Source: Anaerolineae bacterium
GTDB taxonomy: Bacteria > Chloroflexota > Anaerolineae > Aggregatilineales > UBA3940
Assembly (NCBI GenBank): GCA_034435375.1
Contig: DAOTXR010000073.1
Location: forward strand, 231,480 to 295,479
Reading direction: 5' to 3'
DNA: 64,000 nucleotides
This document shows, one piece after another, positions 47,941-58,208 of this stretch. A program made the translations under genes and the position numbers. The notes under the pieces were generated by a model. The model ran no database searches. It was not told the DNA's origin and was given only the letters and a program-made list of their open reading frames with translations. Each line of letters opens with the position of its first letter. Position 1 is the first letter of the stretch.

Positions 47941-50220
47941 ATGGATGGCCTGTTCTCGTTGATCCCGCTGATCGTCCTCTTTCCCTTCGCGGGCGTGTTG
48001 ATCAACGCCTTCCTGGGACGGCGGCTGATGCAAGCTCGTCACGCGGTCGCGCCGGGGGTGATAGCCTCGCTGCTATCCGGCTCGTCGTTTGTGATTGCCG
48101 TGCTGATGTTCATCGCGCTGCTGGCCCACCCCGAAGGGGCTGAGGTGCCCTTCCTGACGTGGATGAATATCCCCGCCGGCGAGCGTGTGCTCGATGTGTC
48201 GTGGACGTTCAAGGTCGATACACTCTCGTCGGTGATGATGCTGGTGGTCACAGGGGTCGGCACCCTGATCCATATCTATGCCATTGGTTACATGCACGGG
48301 GATATCGAGGAACAGATCGCCAGACGGGGGCTGAGCGAGGAGGAAGCTTTTGACTTCAAGCGTCGGCGCTACTCCAAGTTCTTCACATTCTTTAACCTGT
48401 TCCTGGGATCGATGCTGATCCTGGTCACCGGCAACAATTACTTGATGATGTTCGTTGGGTGGGAGTTGGTAGGGCTGTGCTCGTACTTGTTGATTGGTTT
48501 CTGGTTCGATGACCCGCTGGTCGGCGTGTACAACTCCGGTGCAGGCAAAAAGGCGTTCGTCGTCAACCGTGTGGGCGACTTTGGCATGGTGATGGCCATC
48601 ATGCTGATCTTCTGGACCTTCGGGACGCTGCGGTTTGACGATGTATTCGCCCGCGCCAGGTGCATGGCCGAAGAGCCGCAGGCTGCATGTCTGACGATTC
48701 GGGCCACACAGGCAGCCCACGTGGGCGACGAGCACGCCGCCGAAGGTACCGAGACCGTTGGAGAGGCTGCCCTGACCACCCCCATTGCTCTTGGCGGGTT
48801 GGCGGCGCCCCTGGGCGTGATCGTGACGATCATCACGTTGCTGCTGCTGCTGGGGGCGACCGGCAAGAGCGCCCAGATTCCACTGTTCGTCTGGTTGCCC
48901 GATGCGATGGCCGGGCCAACGCCGGTCAGTGCGTTGATCCATGCGGCCACCATGGTGACCGCTGGGATTTACATGATCGCGCGCAGCAATGTGTTGTTTG
49001 CAATGGCCCCTGTAAGTGGTACGGTGGTGGCGGTGGTGGGCGGGGCGACGGCCTTCGTGGCCGCGACCATCGCTGTGGCCCAGTTCGACATCAAACGTGT
49101 GCTAGCCTATTCGACGATCAGCCAGCTTGGCTTTATGGTAGCCGCGGTGGGGCTGGGCGGCTACGTGGCCGGAATCTTTCATCTCGCGACGCATGCCTTC
49201 TTTAAGGCATTGTTGTTCCTGAGCGCCGGGTCGGTGATCCACGGCCTTGAGCACGGGCATCACCATGCCCGGCATCATAGCCATGATAAACATGCCCACG
49301 AGGACCAGCCCTTCGACCCCCAGGATATGCGCAGCATGGGTGGACTGGCCCGCCAGATGCCTCTCACCACCGCCGTGTACATCGTTGGGGCTTTGGCGTT
49401 GGCAGGCATTCCACCGCTGGCAGGCTTCTGGAGCAAAGATGAGATCCTGCTGGATGCCAGCAAGAACAACCTGCTGGTCTACATCCTGCTGACGGCTGCG
49501 GCGTTCTTCACTGCCTTCTACATGGGAAGACAAGTGTTCATGGTATTCTTCGGTCCGCCGCGCTCCCCAGCGGCCACGCATGCCGCCGAGAGTGCGCCTG
49601 TCATGACCGTGCCGCTGGTCATCCTGGCGGTGTTGGCAGTGCTGGGTGGAGCCATGAACCTGCCCTTTGAGGGTTTCCACCACCTGGGCAGGTGGCTTGA
49701 GGAGAGTGTTGCTCACGCCCATGCTGCCGGATCGCTCAACCTGACCGTGGCCGGCGTCTCAACAGGGCTGGCGCTGGTGGCAATCGGCCTGAGCTACTTG
49801 ATCTACGGCCTGAAGCCGCTCCAGGAAACCCAGGCCGATCCGCTGCGCGCCACGGGGCCGGTGTTCACCTTCCTCAATCGTAAGTGGTATTGGGATGAGC
49901 TGTATGCAGCGATCTTTGTCCGGCCTTATAACCGCATTGGCGAGTTCCTGGCTGTGACGATTGACTGGAAATTCTGGCACGATTATGTGCACGATACAGT
50001 GATCCGCGATGGGGTCTTCCGCAGTTGGGCGGCCATCCTGAGCCAGCCTGTCGATATGGGGATAGTGGACGGCGCAGTGAACGGCATCGCCCGTCTGATC
50101 AGCGGGTCATCGCAAGAGCTGCGCAGAGTCCAAACTGGCTATGTGCGTAACTATGCGCTGGCCGTGGCGCTGGGTGTGGTGATCATCCTGGGATACATCG
50201 CGATTCGCCTTTTGATCTAG
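47941..50220 (+). CDS. nuoL: NADH-quinone oxidoreductase subunit L
   Basis: GWELVGLCSYLLIGFW, GKSAQIPL..WLPDAMAGPTPVSALIHAATMV, HAFFKA. Confidence 0.96.
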   Translation: MDGLFSLIPLIVLFPFAGVLINAFLGRRLMQARHAVAPGVIASLLSGSSFVIAVLMFIALLAHPEGAEVPFLTWMNIPAGERVLDVSWTFKVDTLSSVMMLVVTGVGTLIHIYAIGYMHGDIEEQIARRGLSEEEAFDFKRRRYSKFFTFFNLFLGSMLILVTGNNYLMMFVGWELVGLCSYLLIGFWFDDPLVGVYNSGAGKKAFVVNRVGDFGMVMAIMLIFWTFGTLRFDDVFARARCMAEEPQAACLTIRATQAAHVGDEHAAEGTETVGEAALTTPIALGGLAAPLGVIVTIITLLLLLGATGKSAQIPLFVWLPDAMAGPTPVSALIHAATMVTAGIYMIARSNVLFAMAPVSGTVVAVVGGATAFVAATIAVAQFDIKRVLAYSTISQLGFMVAAVGLGGYVAGIFHLATHAFFKALLFLSAGSVIHGLEHGHHHARHHSHDKHAHEDQPFDPQDMRSMGGLARQMPLTTAVYIVGALALAGIPPLAGFWSKDEILLDASKNNLLVYILLTAAAFFTAFYMGRQVFMVFFGPPRSPAATHAAESAPVMTVPLVILAVLAVLGGAMNLPFEGFHHLGRWLEESVAHAHAAGSLNLTVAGVSTGLALVAIGLSYLIYGLKPLQETQADPLRATGPVFTFLNRKWYWDELYAAIFVRPYNRIGEFLAVTIDWKFWHDYVHDTVIRDGVFRSWAAILSQPVDMGIVDGAVNGIARLISGSSQELRRVQTGYVRNYALAVALGVVIILGYIAIRLLI

Positions 50221-50251
50221 ACCTGCCATCGGGCTGCCACGAGGAGCTGGT

Positions 50252-51757
50252 ATGACCGCAGACGTGTTTCCAACCTTTCTCACGCTGATCCTGGCCCTGC
50301 CGCTAGCCGGTTTTGTCATTGTGATCTTCACACCGCGAGAGAACAAGGATTTCATCCGCTGGACGGCCTTGGTTTTCTCAACTCTGACCTTCATTGTGTC
50401 GCTATTTTTGCTCAGTGAGCCGTTTGGCCAGACAGGTCAGATGTTGTGGGCGGGCCGGGTGGATTGGATTCCCACGGCAGGGATCAGTTACGCGCTGGGC
50501 GTGGATGGCGTGAGCATCCTGTTGGTGCTGCTGACCACGCTGCTCTCACCCATCGCGATCTTGTCTTCCTGGTCGGCTATTGAGGATCGTGCGAAGGAGT
50601 ACTATGCCTTCATGCTGCTCCTTGAGACCGGCATGGTGGGCGTGTTCGTGGCGCTGGACCTGTTCCTGTTCTATATCTTCTGGGAGTTCACGCTCGTCCC
50701 GATGTACTTCCTGATCGGCATCTGGGGCGGCCCACGTCGTCAGTACGCTGCTATCAAATTCTTCCTGTACACGATGGCCGGCTCGCTGCTGATGCTGCTG
50801 GCCATTCTATACCTGGGCATCACGGGGGGATCGTTCTATCTGCCGGACCTGGTCGGGCTGAACATTCCCCTCGGCACCGAGCGATGGCTGTTCCTGGCGT
50901 TTGCGCTGGCATTTGCCATCAAGGTCCCGGTGTGGCCGCTGCATTCCTGGCTGCCTGACGCCCATGTCGAGGCTCCCACCGCAGGCTCGGTGATCCTGGC
51001 GGGCGTGCTGCTCAAGATGGGAACCTATGGCTTTGTGCGCTTCAACCTGCCCCTTTTTCCCAACGCCTCGACGGAATTTGCCCCCTGGATTGCGGTACTG
51101 GCAGTGATCGGCATCATCTATGGCGCATGGGTCAGCTATGCCCAGACAGACGTCAAGAAGCTGGTGGCTTACTCGTCTGTCAGCCACCTGGGATTCGTGA
51201 TGCTGGGCATTTTCTCGCTAAACCAGATCGGCATCCAGGGCGCGATTCTACAGATGATCAACCATGGCCTGAGCACAGGTGCATTGTTCCTGCTTGTCGG
51301 TATGCTGTACGAGCGGCGTCATACCCGTGACCTGGATGCCTTTGGCGGCGTCTGGAAGGTAATGCCGATATTCAGCGCGCTGACGCTGGTCGTTACCCTC
51401 TCATCGATGGGCCTGCCAGGGCTGAACGGCTTCGTGGGCGAATTCACCATCCTGATGGGGTCATTTAACGCAGCAGCCCTGGGCGCACGCCCCTGGATCT
51501 TCACCGCGTTCGCCACGACGGGCGTGATTCTGGCTGCCATCTACTTGCTGTGGATGTTCCAGAAGGTGTTTCTGGGGCCGCTGGACAAGGACGAGAACAA
51601 GAAACTCGCTGACCTGAACTTCCGCGAGGTGTTGACGCTGGTGCCAATCTTGCTCTTCATCTTCTGGATTGGCCTGTACGCACAGCCGTTCTTCAACCTG
51701 ATGCAGCCCTCGGTGCAGGTGCTGCTCGACACACTTCCGGCAGTGGCCGGACTGTAA
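50252..51757 (+). CDS. nuoM: NADH-quinone oxidoreductase subunit M
   Basis: FWEFTLVPMY, AIKVPVWPLHSWLPDAHVEAPTAGS, FVGEF. Confidence 0.96.
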   Translation: MTADVFPTFLTLILALPLAGFVIVIFTPRENKDFIRWTALVFSTLTFIVSLFLLSEPFGQTGQMLWAGRVDWIPTAGISYALGVDGVSILLVLLTTLLSPIAILSSWSAIEDRAKEYYAFMLLLETGMVGVFVALDLFLFYIFWEFTLVPMYFLIGIWGGPRRQYAAIKFFLYTMAGSLLMLLAILYLGITGGSFYLPDLVGLNIPLGTERWLFLAFALAFAIKVPVWPLHSWLPDAHVEAPTAGSVILAGVLLKMGTYGFVRFNLPLFPNASTEFAPWIAVLAVIGIIYGAWVSYAQTDVKKLVAYSSVSHLGFVMLGIFSLNQIGIQGAILQMINHGLSTGALFLLVGMLYERRHTRDLDAFGGVWKVMPIFSALTLVVTLSSMGLPGLNGFVGEFTILMGSFNAAALGARPWIFTAFATTGVILAAIYLLWMFQKVFLGPLDKDENKKLADLNFREVLTLVPILLFIFWIGLYAQPFFNLMQPSVQVLLDTLPAVAGL

Positions 51758-51776
51758 GCGCCTGAAGGGGTCTGGC

Positions 51777-53279
51777 ATGGACCTTCCAACCTTCGAATCG
51801 ATCGCTGTGTTGGCAGCACTCCCTCTGCTGATCGTTGTCGGCTGGGGCTGCGTGCTGCTGCTGGCCGACCTATTCATCGGATCAGAGCACAAGCATTGGA
51901 CCGCCTGGCTGGCGATGTTGGGATTGTTGGGAGCGGGCGCGGCACTGATCTGGCAGGGAACGCGCCTCATGAGCACGAGTGGGCCAGTAGCAGAGTCCGC
52001 TTTCGGCGGGATGTTAAGGGTGGATGGATTTGCAGTATTCCTACAGATGCTGTTCGTGCTCTCAGCGATACTGGGCATCCTGCTGGCCCTGGACTATCTG
52101 CCTCGACATGGCATTTATCGCGGCGAGTTTTATGTGCTAATGCTGTTTACTACCGGCGGTATGATGATCATGTCAATGGCCGATGAGCTGATCGTGATCG
52201 TCATCGCGCTGGAGCTGCTGACTATCCCGCTCTACATCCTGTCAGGGCTGGCTCGTCCCAACCTTCAATCAGAAGAGTCGGCCATGAAGTACTTCCTGCT
52301 TGGGGCGTTCTCAAGCAGTTTCCTGTTATACGGCGTAGCCCTCATCTATGGCGGCACGGCCACCACTTCGCTTCCCGGCGTGCTGACCGCCGTCCGGGCC
52401 GGGACATACAGCCAGCCGTTGGTGCTGATCGGCCTGGCGATGATCCTGGCTGGATTGTGCTTCAAGGTTGCTGTAGTGCCTTTCCACATGTGGACCCCCG
52501 ATGTATACCAGGGCGCGCCCACACCGGTCACTGCCTTTATGTCCGTCGGGGCTAAGGCTGGCGGTTTCGCTGCCATGATCCGCGTCCTCCTGACAGCAGC
52601 GCCGGATGTGGCGACTGAGTGGGGGCCGATTCTGGCCATGATTGCCATCCTGACCATGACGCTGGGCAATGTGGTGGCGATTGCCCAGAGCAACATCAAG
52701 CGCATGTTAGCCTACTCAAGCATTGCCCACGCCGGCTATGTGCTGGTCGCAGTCGCGGCGGCCCAGCGCCCTGCGGATGCGCCCTTGGCGGTGAGTGCAG
52801 CCCTCTTCTACCTGCTGACCTACACTTTTACCAATTTGGGCGCCTTTGCCGTGGTCATTGCCGTAGAGCGGCACGACAGCACCGGCAACGAGATCGGCGA
52901 CTTCTCAGGGCTGGGCAAGACCCACCCTTGGGCGGGAATTGCTATGGCGATCTTTATGCTCTCGCTCACTGGGATGCCGATCAGCGCAGGGTTGGTGGGC
53001 AAGTTTTTTGTCTTCAAAGCTGCGATCCAGGCTTCGCTAGGCAACCCATGGATGTTGGCCGCGGCGGTGGTAGGCGTGGTCACGAGCGTCGTCAGCGCAT
53101 TCTACTACCTGCGGGTGGTGTGGGTGATGTTTATGGGCGATGGCGAAGGCAGGGCCAACCTTCCGCCTGCACTGGCCGCTGCTCTGGCCACGACGGCGGT
53201 CGTCACGTTGGCCATAGGAGTGATCCCCACGCCCCTGTTCCGCCTGGCGCAGGAGGCGCTGCTCGTGGTTGGGGGATGA
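51777..53279 (+). CDS. nuoN: NADH-quinone oxidoreductase subunit N
   Basis: ESAMKYFLLG, FKVAVVPFHMWTPDVYQGAPTP, KRMLAYSSIAHAG. Confidence 0.96.
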   Translation: MDLPTFESIAVLAALPLLIVVGWGCVLLLADLFIGSEHKHWTAWLAMLGLLGAGAALIWQGTRLMSTSGPVAESAFGGMLRVDGFAVFLQMLFVLSAILGILLALDYLPRHGIYRGEFYVLMLFTTGGMMIMSMADELIVIVIALELLTIPLYILSGLARPNLQSEESAMKYFLLGAFSSSFLLYGVALIYGGTATTSLPGVLTAVRAGTYSQPLVLIGLAMILAGLCFKVAVVPFHMWTPDVYQGAPTPVTAFMSVGAKAGGFAAMIRVLLTAAPDVATEWGPILAMIAILTMTLGNVVAIAQSNIKRMLAYSSIAHAGYVLVAVAAAQRPADAPLAVSAALFYLLTYTFTNLGAFAVVIAVERHDSTGNEIGDFSGLGKTHPWAGIAMAIFMLSLTGMPISAGLVGKFFVFKAAIQASLGNPWMLAAAVVGVVTSVVSAFYYLRVVWVMFMGDGEGRANLPPALAAALATTAVVTLAIGVIPTPLFRLAQEALLVVGG

Positions 53280-53349
53280 AAAGTTCTGAACTCCCCTTCT
53301 CGTAAAACATAGCCTGCCAGGGATGCCTTGAGACCAGCGCGTGGGCGCT

Positions 53350-54654
53350 TCACATGGCCGGAGTTGCCTCGATCATGTCGCGCGTGAACTGGCGTAGTTT
53401 CGGGTAGCGCCATGCGATCAGCGCCGTTAACAACACAGTGGCCACACCACCGCTCACGATCGAAAATGGCACGCCCAGCGCCGATGCGACCAGCCCAGCT
53501 TCCAGCTCGCCGAGCTGTGGGCCGCCCATAAAGAAGATCATGTTCACGCTGGTCATTCGCCCGCGCAGCTGATCGGGAGTCATTAACTGCCGGATGGTGC
53601 CCCGGATCACCATCGACACTGTGTCGGCAGCCCCGGTCAGCGCAAACAGGACGTAGGACAACGGGAACACAGTGGAGAGACCAAACAGCGCCGTGGCCAT
53701 GCCATAGATGGCCACGCTGACCAACAGCACCACACCCTGGCGATGAATGTCTCTGCGCAGTGACACCAGGGCCCCGGCCACCAGTGCGCCAACCGAGTCG
53801 GCGGTGGCCAGCAGGCCGTAGCCCCCTGGCCCCACTTTCAGAATGTCTCCAGCAACGATGGGCAGCATAGTCCGCGCCGACGAGAAGAATGTGGCGAGGA
53901 AGTCGAGCAGCATGGTGCCCATAATAATACGGGTCTGGAACACAAAGCGTAACCCCTCCATCAACGCCGACCAGCCTAACCCGCTGCCGTTGTCCATGAC
54001 CTGCCCCCGGTATTCCATCACAGCCAGTGTGGCGATCACCACCACGAACGACAGGGCATTGACGGCATACACCACACCCAGACTGAACTGCCCGACCATC
54101 AGGCCCGCCAGCGCTGGGCCGGCGATGGCTGCTACCTGGAAGTTCAGCGTGTTCAGGCTGATGGCGTTTGTCAGATGCTGGCGGGGGACCAGGTTGGGGA
54201 TGAGCGCCTGGCGTGCCGGGTTGGCAAAGGCGGCGATGGCTGCCGTCGCTGCTGTAATCAGGTAGATCATCACAATGGTTGCCCAGCCACCGAGCGTGAG
54301 CATGGCCAGAATCAGGGCTAGCACAGCGGACAACATCTGGGTGGCGATCAGAATGCGGCGGCGGTCCACCGTGTCGGCGACCATGCCGCCCAGCAGTGCA
54401 AAGACGATGATCGGCACGACGCGCACCAGCCCCAACGTGCCCAGCCCCAGCGCTTCGGCGTTGAGCGGGATGGCCTGTCCGAACAGGTGCAGAGTGTACG
54501 ACTGTCCGCGCAACAGAGCATAGATGTGCCAATTGATGGCCACCGTCTGCATTTGTGAGCCGATCATCGAGAAGAATTGCCCCACCCAGATCAATCGGTA
54601 GTCGCGATGCTGGAGGGCGGCCAGACGGTTCAGCGAGAGAGAGTTGTGAGCCAT
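53350..54654 (-). CDS. MFS efflux transporter (EntS/DHA3-like)
   Basis: ALQHRDYRLIW, GGMVADTVDRRR, NPARQALIP, TPDQLRGR. Confidence 0.88.
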   Translation of the reverse strand: MAHNSLSLNRLAALQHRDYRLIWVGQFFSMIGSQMQTVAINWHIYALLRGQSYTLHLFGQAIPLNAEALGLGTLGLVRVVPIIVFALLGGMVADTVDRRRILIATQMLSAVLALILAMLTLGGWATIVMIYLITAATAAIAAFANPARQALIPNLVPRQHLTNAISLNTLNFQVAAIAGPALAGLMVGQFSLGVVYAVNALSFVVVIATLAVMEYRGQVMDNGSGLGWSALMEGLRFVFQTRIIMGTMLLDFLATFFSSARTMLPIVAGDILKVGPGGYGLLATADSVGALVAGALVSLRRDIHRQGVVLLVSVAIYGMATALFGLSTVFPLSYVLFALTGAADTVSMVIRGTIRQLMTPDQLRGRMTSVNMIFFMGGPQLGELEAGLVASALGVPFSIVSGGVATVLLTALIAWRYPKLRQFTRDMIEATPAM

Positions 54655-54830
54655 ACAAGTCCTCGATAACGATGGGTGTAGTGCAGGTGCTAATGCTGAA
54701 TATATCCACAGATGATACACACCGCACAGACCAATGCCAGGGATTCTGTGCTACTCCACAACTGGGGGTGTATTTCGGGGCAACTCTGAACCGCCCTAAA
54801 CATGCAACGCACCCCATACCTGGAATCGGT

Positions 54831-54859
54831 TTGACACATGGAACACATGTTCGTATAAT
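54831..54859 (+). promoter_or_regulatory. Consensus sigma70 promoter containing a LexA (SOS) box
   Basis: TTGACA (54831)-N17-TATAAT (54854); GAAC-ACAT-GTTC at 54841-54852 in the spacer. Confidence 0.9.
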
Positions 54860-54865
54860 CGGATT

Positions 54866-56107
54866 ATGAATGTGCGAATGGCCCCAGACCCCATTGAAAA
54901 GCTGGCGCTGATCGGCGATGTCAACTGCTATGAATCCGCTGGCGACCGCCCTCACGCCGAGCGTGGCCTGCCCATCCAATTATGCCCCCCGGAGCAGAGC
55001 CGGCGCCGTGAAACCCCCGCCAGGGTAGCCGGTGTTATGTCGTGCATCACTGAGGTGACAACGCCCACAGGCAAAAAACCGGTCCTCAAAGGCATGGTTA
55101 CAACGGCCTGTGAGAAGGATTGTCACTACTGTCCCTTCCGCGCCGGGCGGTCGGCCATGGATCGGGTGACCTTCAGGCCAGACGAGTTGGCGCTGGCCTT
55201 CGATCACCTCCAGCAGGCCAGGCTAGTTGACGGCCTCTTTTTGTCGTCCGGGGTGATCAGGGGTGGAGCATCGACGCAGGATAAGATCATCGATACTGCC
55301 GAGATTATCCGCTGTAAGTACCACTACCAGGGCTACATCCACCTCAAGATTATGCCAGGGGCGGAGCGCGATCAGGTAGTGCGGGCCATGCAGCTTGCCG
55401 ACCGTGTCTCGATCAACCTGGAAGGTCCGACGCCAGAGCGGTTGAGTGCGCTTGCACCTCACAAGGACTTCACAGGCGACTTGCTGGAGCGGATTCAGTG
55501 GGCGCGCGACATCCGGCAACAGGCCGAAGCTAGCGCACCGCGGTCGATCCGAGCCGGAGTAGTGACACAGTTCGTTGTCGGCGCAGTCGGCGATACCGAC
55601 CTGGAGCTGCTGGGGCTGACGGCTAACCTCCATCGACAGATGGGCTTGCGCCGTGTCTACTATTCCGCCTTTAACCCGGTCGCTGAGACGCCGTTCGAGA
55701 ATCTGCCTGCCACGCCGCCGCTGCGCGAGTTCCGGCTGTACCAGGCCAGCTTCCTGATCCGGGATTACGGTTGGGAGGTGGAGGACCTGCCGTTCGAGGG
55801 TGTGGGCAATCTGCGGCTCGATGTGGACCCCAAACGCGCCTGGGCCGAGGAGCACCTGAGAAGCCAGCCAGTCGAGGTCATGCAGGCCACTCGCCAGGAG
55901 CTGATGCGCGTGCCTGGCATCGGCCCCAAAGGCGCCGATGCCATCCTGCGGGCGCGGCGCAAGGGCCGCCTGACCGACCTCGCTCACCTGCGGGCCGTCG
56001 GTGTGCGGAACGTCGTGTGGGCTGCGCCCTACATCCTCCTTGATGGACACAGACCAGTTGAGCAGCTGACCCTTTTTGATGAAAACGTCCTGATTCAGAA
56101 GACATAG
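54866..56107 (+). CDS. Putative DNA modification/repair radical SAM protein with helix-hairpin-helix
   Basis: CEKDCHYC (CX3CX2C), LFLSSG, YIHLK, REFRLYQASFLIRDYG, HhH RVPGIGPK. Confidence 0.88.
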   Translation: MNVRMAPDPIEKLALIGDVNCYESAGDRPHAERGLPIQLCPPEQSRRRETPARVAGVMSCITEVTTPTGKKPVLKGMVTTACEKDCHYCPFRAGRSAMDRVTFRPDELALAFDHLQQARLVDGLFLSSGVIRGGASTQDKIIDTAEIIRCKYHYQGYIHLKIMPGAERDQVVRAMQLADRVSINLEGPTPERLSALAPHKDFTGDLLERIQWARDIRQQAEASAPRSIRAGVVTQFVVGAVGDTDLELLGLTANLHRQMGLRRVYYSAFNPVAETPFENLPATPPLREFRLYQASFLIRDYGWEVEDLPFEGVGNLRLDVDPKRAWAEEHLRSQPVEVMQATRQELMRVPGIGPKGADAILRARRKGRLTDLAHLRAVGVRNVVWAAPYILLDGHRPVEQLTLFDENVLIQKT

Positions 56108-56316
56108 GGACGGCTGCGCCTCTTACACGTTGCCCTTCTCGCCGGACAGAGTGGGGAGCTTGCCTTCCGTGAGAGGCATCAGTGTGTGGAACCCCACAGT
56201 TTGGGGTTCCGTACATAATGGCAAATGTGATACTATTAGCCCCTGACCATGTAATGTTGAGGCAGTGACCTGACTGCACCCGTAGAGGTAGCAGGTTAAG
56301 TGAGAGGGTTAACGAT

Positions 56317-57279
56317 ATGGCTCGCGATCCCGCCATTGCCATGCAGAGTGTTGTGCGCCGCTTTGGGGAGGTCGTTGCTGTCAGCGGAGTGACGCTGGAG
56401 GTCGAGCGTGGTGAGGTTTTCGGCTTCCTGGGTCACAATGGTGCAGGCAAGACAACCACCGTCCGTCTGCTCAATGGTGTGCTGATACCCACCGCAGGCA
56501 CACTTCGGGTGTTGGGCCTCGATCCCGTCACTGAGGGGCCAGCACTGCGTCGCAGGACCGGTATTCTGACCGAGTCGCCATCGCTGGACGAGCGGCTGAC
56601 AGCCCGTGAGAACCTCACCATTTATGCTGTCCTGTACGACGTACCACAGGAGAAGGTTGCCAGCCGCGTTGAGGCCCTGCTGGAGCAATTCGAGCTGGCT
56701 GACCGCGCCGATGAAAAAGTGAGCGGCTACAGCAAAGGCATGAAACAGCGCATGGCGTTGGCTCGTGCGCTGATCCACCAGCCAGAGTTGCTGTTTCTCG
56801 ATGAGCCTACTTCTGGCCTGGACCCCGTAGCGGCGCTGCACGTCCACCAGCTGATCACCCACCTGAGCGGAGAGGGCCGCACCGTGTTTCTGTGCACACA
56901 TAACCTGATCGAAGCACAGAAGCTGTGCGATCGAGTTGCTGTGCTGGAACATGGCCAAGTCCTGGTGATGGGCACGCCTGCTGAGTTAAGCCGCCGTTAT
57001 GCCCATCGGCAGCGCCTCGAAGTTGAGGTGTCACCACAGACCATGCCCACCGCGCTGGGAGCGCTGCAAGCCATGCCGGGCATCACCGACATCACAAGCG
57101 AGAATCACCGCACCCTTGTCTTCTCTGGGGCTGACCACGAGCGGATTCCCGAAGTGGTGACGTTGTTGGTCGGGGCGGGGGTGCGCATCTATCGCATCAC
57201 CCCTCAAGAGCCATCGTTGGAGGATGTCTACTTCGCGCTGCACGGCGAGGGGAAAGCGACTGAGGAGGGGAGAGCATGA
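56317..57279 (+). CDS. ABC transporter ATP-binding protein (exporter type)
   Basis: GHNGAGKTT, YSKGMKQR, LDEPTSGLD. Confidence 0.95.
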   Translation: MARDPAIAMQSVVRRFGEVVAVSGVTLEVERGEVFGFLGHNGAGKTTTVRLLNGVLIPTAGTLRVLGLDPVTEGPALRRRTGILTESPSLDERLTARENLTIYAVLYDVPQEKVASRVEALLEQFELADRADEKVSGYSKGMKQRMALARALIHQPELLFLDEPTSGLDPVAALHVHQLITHLSGEGRTVFLCTHNLIEAQKLCDRVAVLEHGQVLVMGTPAELSRRYAHRQRLEVEVSPQTMPTALGALQAMPGITDITSENHRTLVFSGADHERIPEVVTLLVGAGVRIYRITPQEPSLEDVYFALHGEGKATEEGRA

Positions 57280-58100
57280 ACTGGCGTGGGATCAGGGCTG
57301 TGATAGCCAAAGACTTGAAGGTGGTGATGCGCAGCAAGATGATCATGCTGCCCATGATCATCTTGCCCGTCATTTTGCAAGTGCTCGTGCCCGCTGGATT
57401 TGGCCTAACTGCCTACTTTGCTGCTGACACAATGGCTGCCGACACCGAGGACGACATGCAGGCTATGCTGGAGATGATGCCGCCGGCGGTACGAGAGCAG
57501 ATCGCTGATATGCAGCCCAACCAGGCGTTTCTCACGCTGATGACAGTGTATGTCTTTGCGCCCATGTATCTGATCGTCCCGATGATGGTCGCCAGTGTGA
57601 TCGCTGCCGACAGTTTTGTGGGCGAGCGCGAGCGCAAAACGCTGGAAGCCTTGCTGCACACGCCGCTCACCAACCGAGAGCTTCTGACAGCCAAGATGCT
57701 CTCGGCCTGGTTAGCTGCGATTGGGGTGGCGATGGGCAGCTTCGTGCTGTATGCGCTGGTTGTCAACGGTGTCGGTTGGCTGGTAATGGGCCGCCTGTTT
57801 TTCCCTAACTGGATGTGGATTGTGCTGGTGCTATGGGTCGCACCAGCAGTGGCGGGAATAGGTCTGGGTTTGACGGTCCTGCTCTCGACCCGCGTCAACA
57901 CCTTCCAGGAGGCGTATCAGATGGGGGGTGTGGTTGTGCTGCCGTTGATCGCACTGATGATCGGCCAGCTCGCAGGGGTGATCACCCTGAGCACAGGATC
58001 TACATTAGCTATTGGCGCAGTGTTCTGGATCATTGACGCAGTGATTATCTGGTTGGGGGCCAAGACCTTCGACCGCGATGCCCTGCTCGCGCGGCTGTAG
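57276..58100 (+). CDS. ABC-2 type exporter permease
   Basis: SFVGERERKTLEALLHTPL...AKML; six TM segments; ATGA overlap with the ATPase. Confidence 0.9.
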   Translation: MNWRGIRAVIAKDLKVVMRSKMIMLPMIILPVILQVLVPAGFGLTAYFAADTMAADTEDDMQAMLEMMPPAVREQIADMQPNQAFLTLMTVYVFAPMYLIVPMMVASVIAADSFVGERERKTLEALLHTPLTNRELLTAKMLSAWLAAIGVAMGSFVLYALVVNGVGWLVMGRLFFPNWMWIVLVLWVAPAVAGIGLGLTVLLSTRVNTFQEAYQMGGVVVLPLIALMIGQLAGVITLSTGSTLAIGAVFWIIDAVIIWLGAKTFDRDALLARL

Positions 58101-58121
58101 GTGAACGCCCTGACCACGTGA

Positions 58122-58151
58122 AGCAGGGGTGGCGGGACGTCCACCCCTGCT
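58122..58151. terminator. Hairpin between convergent genes
   Basis: AGCAGGGGTGG-N8-CCACCCCTGCT. Confidence 0.65.
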
Positions 58152-58208
58152 GATTCTGGCATCAATCTATGGAAACAGGCCGTCTCTTTGCTCTTGGCAT
58201 TATCTGGA

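Noticed and set aside
47941-53279. '2M'-type complex I known from Chloroflexota
   Set aside because: Only one nuoM lies between nuoL and nuoN, and nuoEFG are present, so this is a canonical 14-subunit set.
53105-54979. 624-aa minus-strand ORF
   Set aside because: Alternative frame overlapping the clear MFS gene and nuoN; a composition artefact of high GC.
56198-56220. GGAACCCCA-N5-TGGGGTTCC hairpin upstream of the ABC exporter
   Set aside because: No U-tract, no other copies noticed, no riboswitch consensus; insufficient support for a function.
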